From: a virus
DNA: 33,466 nt
IMG/VR virus record: IMGVR_UViG_3300028481_000016
Location: 1-33,466 of that record
Strand: one strand, 5' to 3'
The position numbers and the translations under genes were made by a program. Shown here piece after piece: positions 33,337-33,466 of the stretch. The notes under the pieces were generated by a model, which was not told where the DNA came from, made no database searches, and worked only from the letters and a program-made list of their open reading frames with translations. Each line of letters starts with the position of its first letter. Position 1 is the first letter of the stretch.

Positions 33337-33466
33337 AAAGCGGATTTTTACCATACTTTTTTTTCTTTTTCCCGCCAGTTTTTTTAAAAATCTTATGTAT
33401 TTGTAAACATTTCTTTAAAATGTCAAAAAAAAGTGCTTGACAAGCCTTTTTTTTTGTGTTATTATA
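33337..33466 (+). repeat. Terminal direct repeat (copy 2)
   Basis: See 1-130. Confidence 0.9.

Overview
This window looks like the whole, or nearly whole, genome of a ~33.3-kb AT-rich phage-plasmid. The host is probably a low-GC Firmicute (Clostridia-like; inference). The ends overlap by 130 nt with one mismatch. It encodes one non-redundant set of virion genes of the PBSX/phiCD119-like contractile-tail type: TerS/TerL, SPP1-type portal, scaffold, major capsid, head-completion proteins, sheath, tube, G/GT chaperone, a short tape measure, baseplate, two fibres, holin and amidase. It also encodes ERF and SSB, two Rep_3 plasmid initiators with three iteron-type origin modules, and two catalytically intact tnpB genes that lack tnpA and left ends. 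No integrase, partition system or CI/Cro switch is evident. The most unusual points are: (1) the normally colinear virion operon is shuffled almost gene by gene across both strands with tight junctions, and the blocks differ sharply in strand composition; (2) three origin modules share an architecture but have different iterons; (3) two diverged promoter-plus-leader cassettes keep the same interleaved (pseudoknot-like) pairings through compensatory changes; (4) two homologous antisense-RNA cassettes and several other small-RNA candidates are present. All protein calls come from motif recognition by eye, with no database searches.
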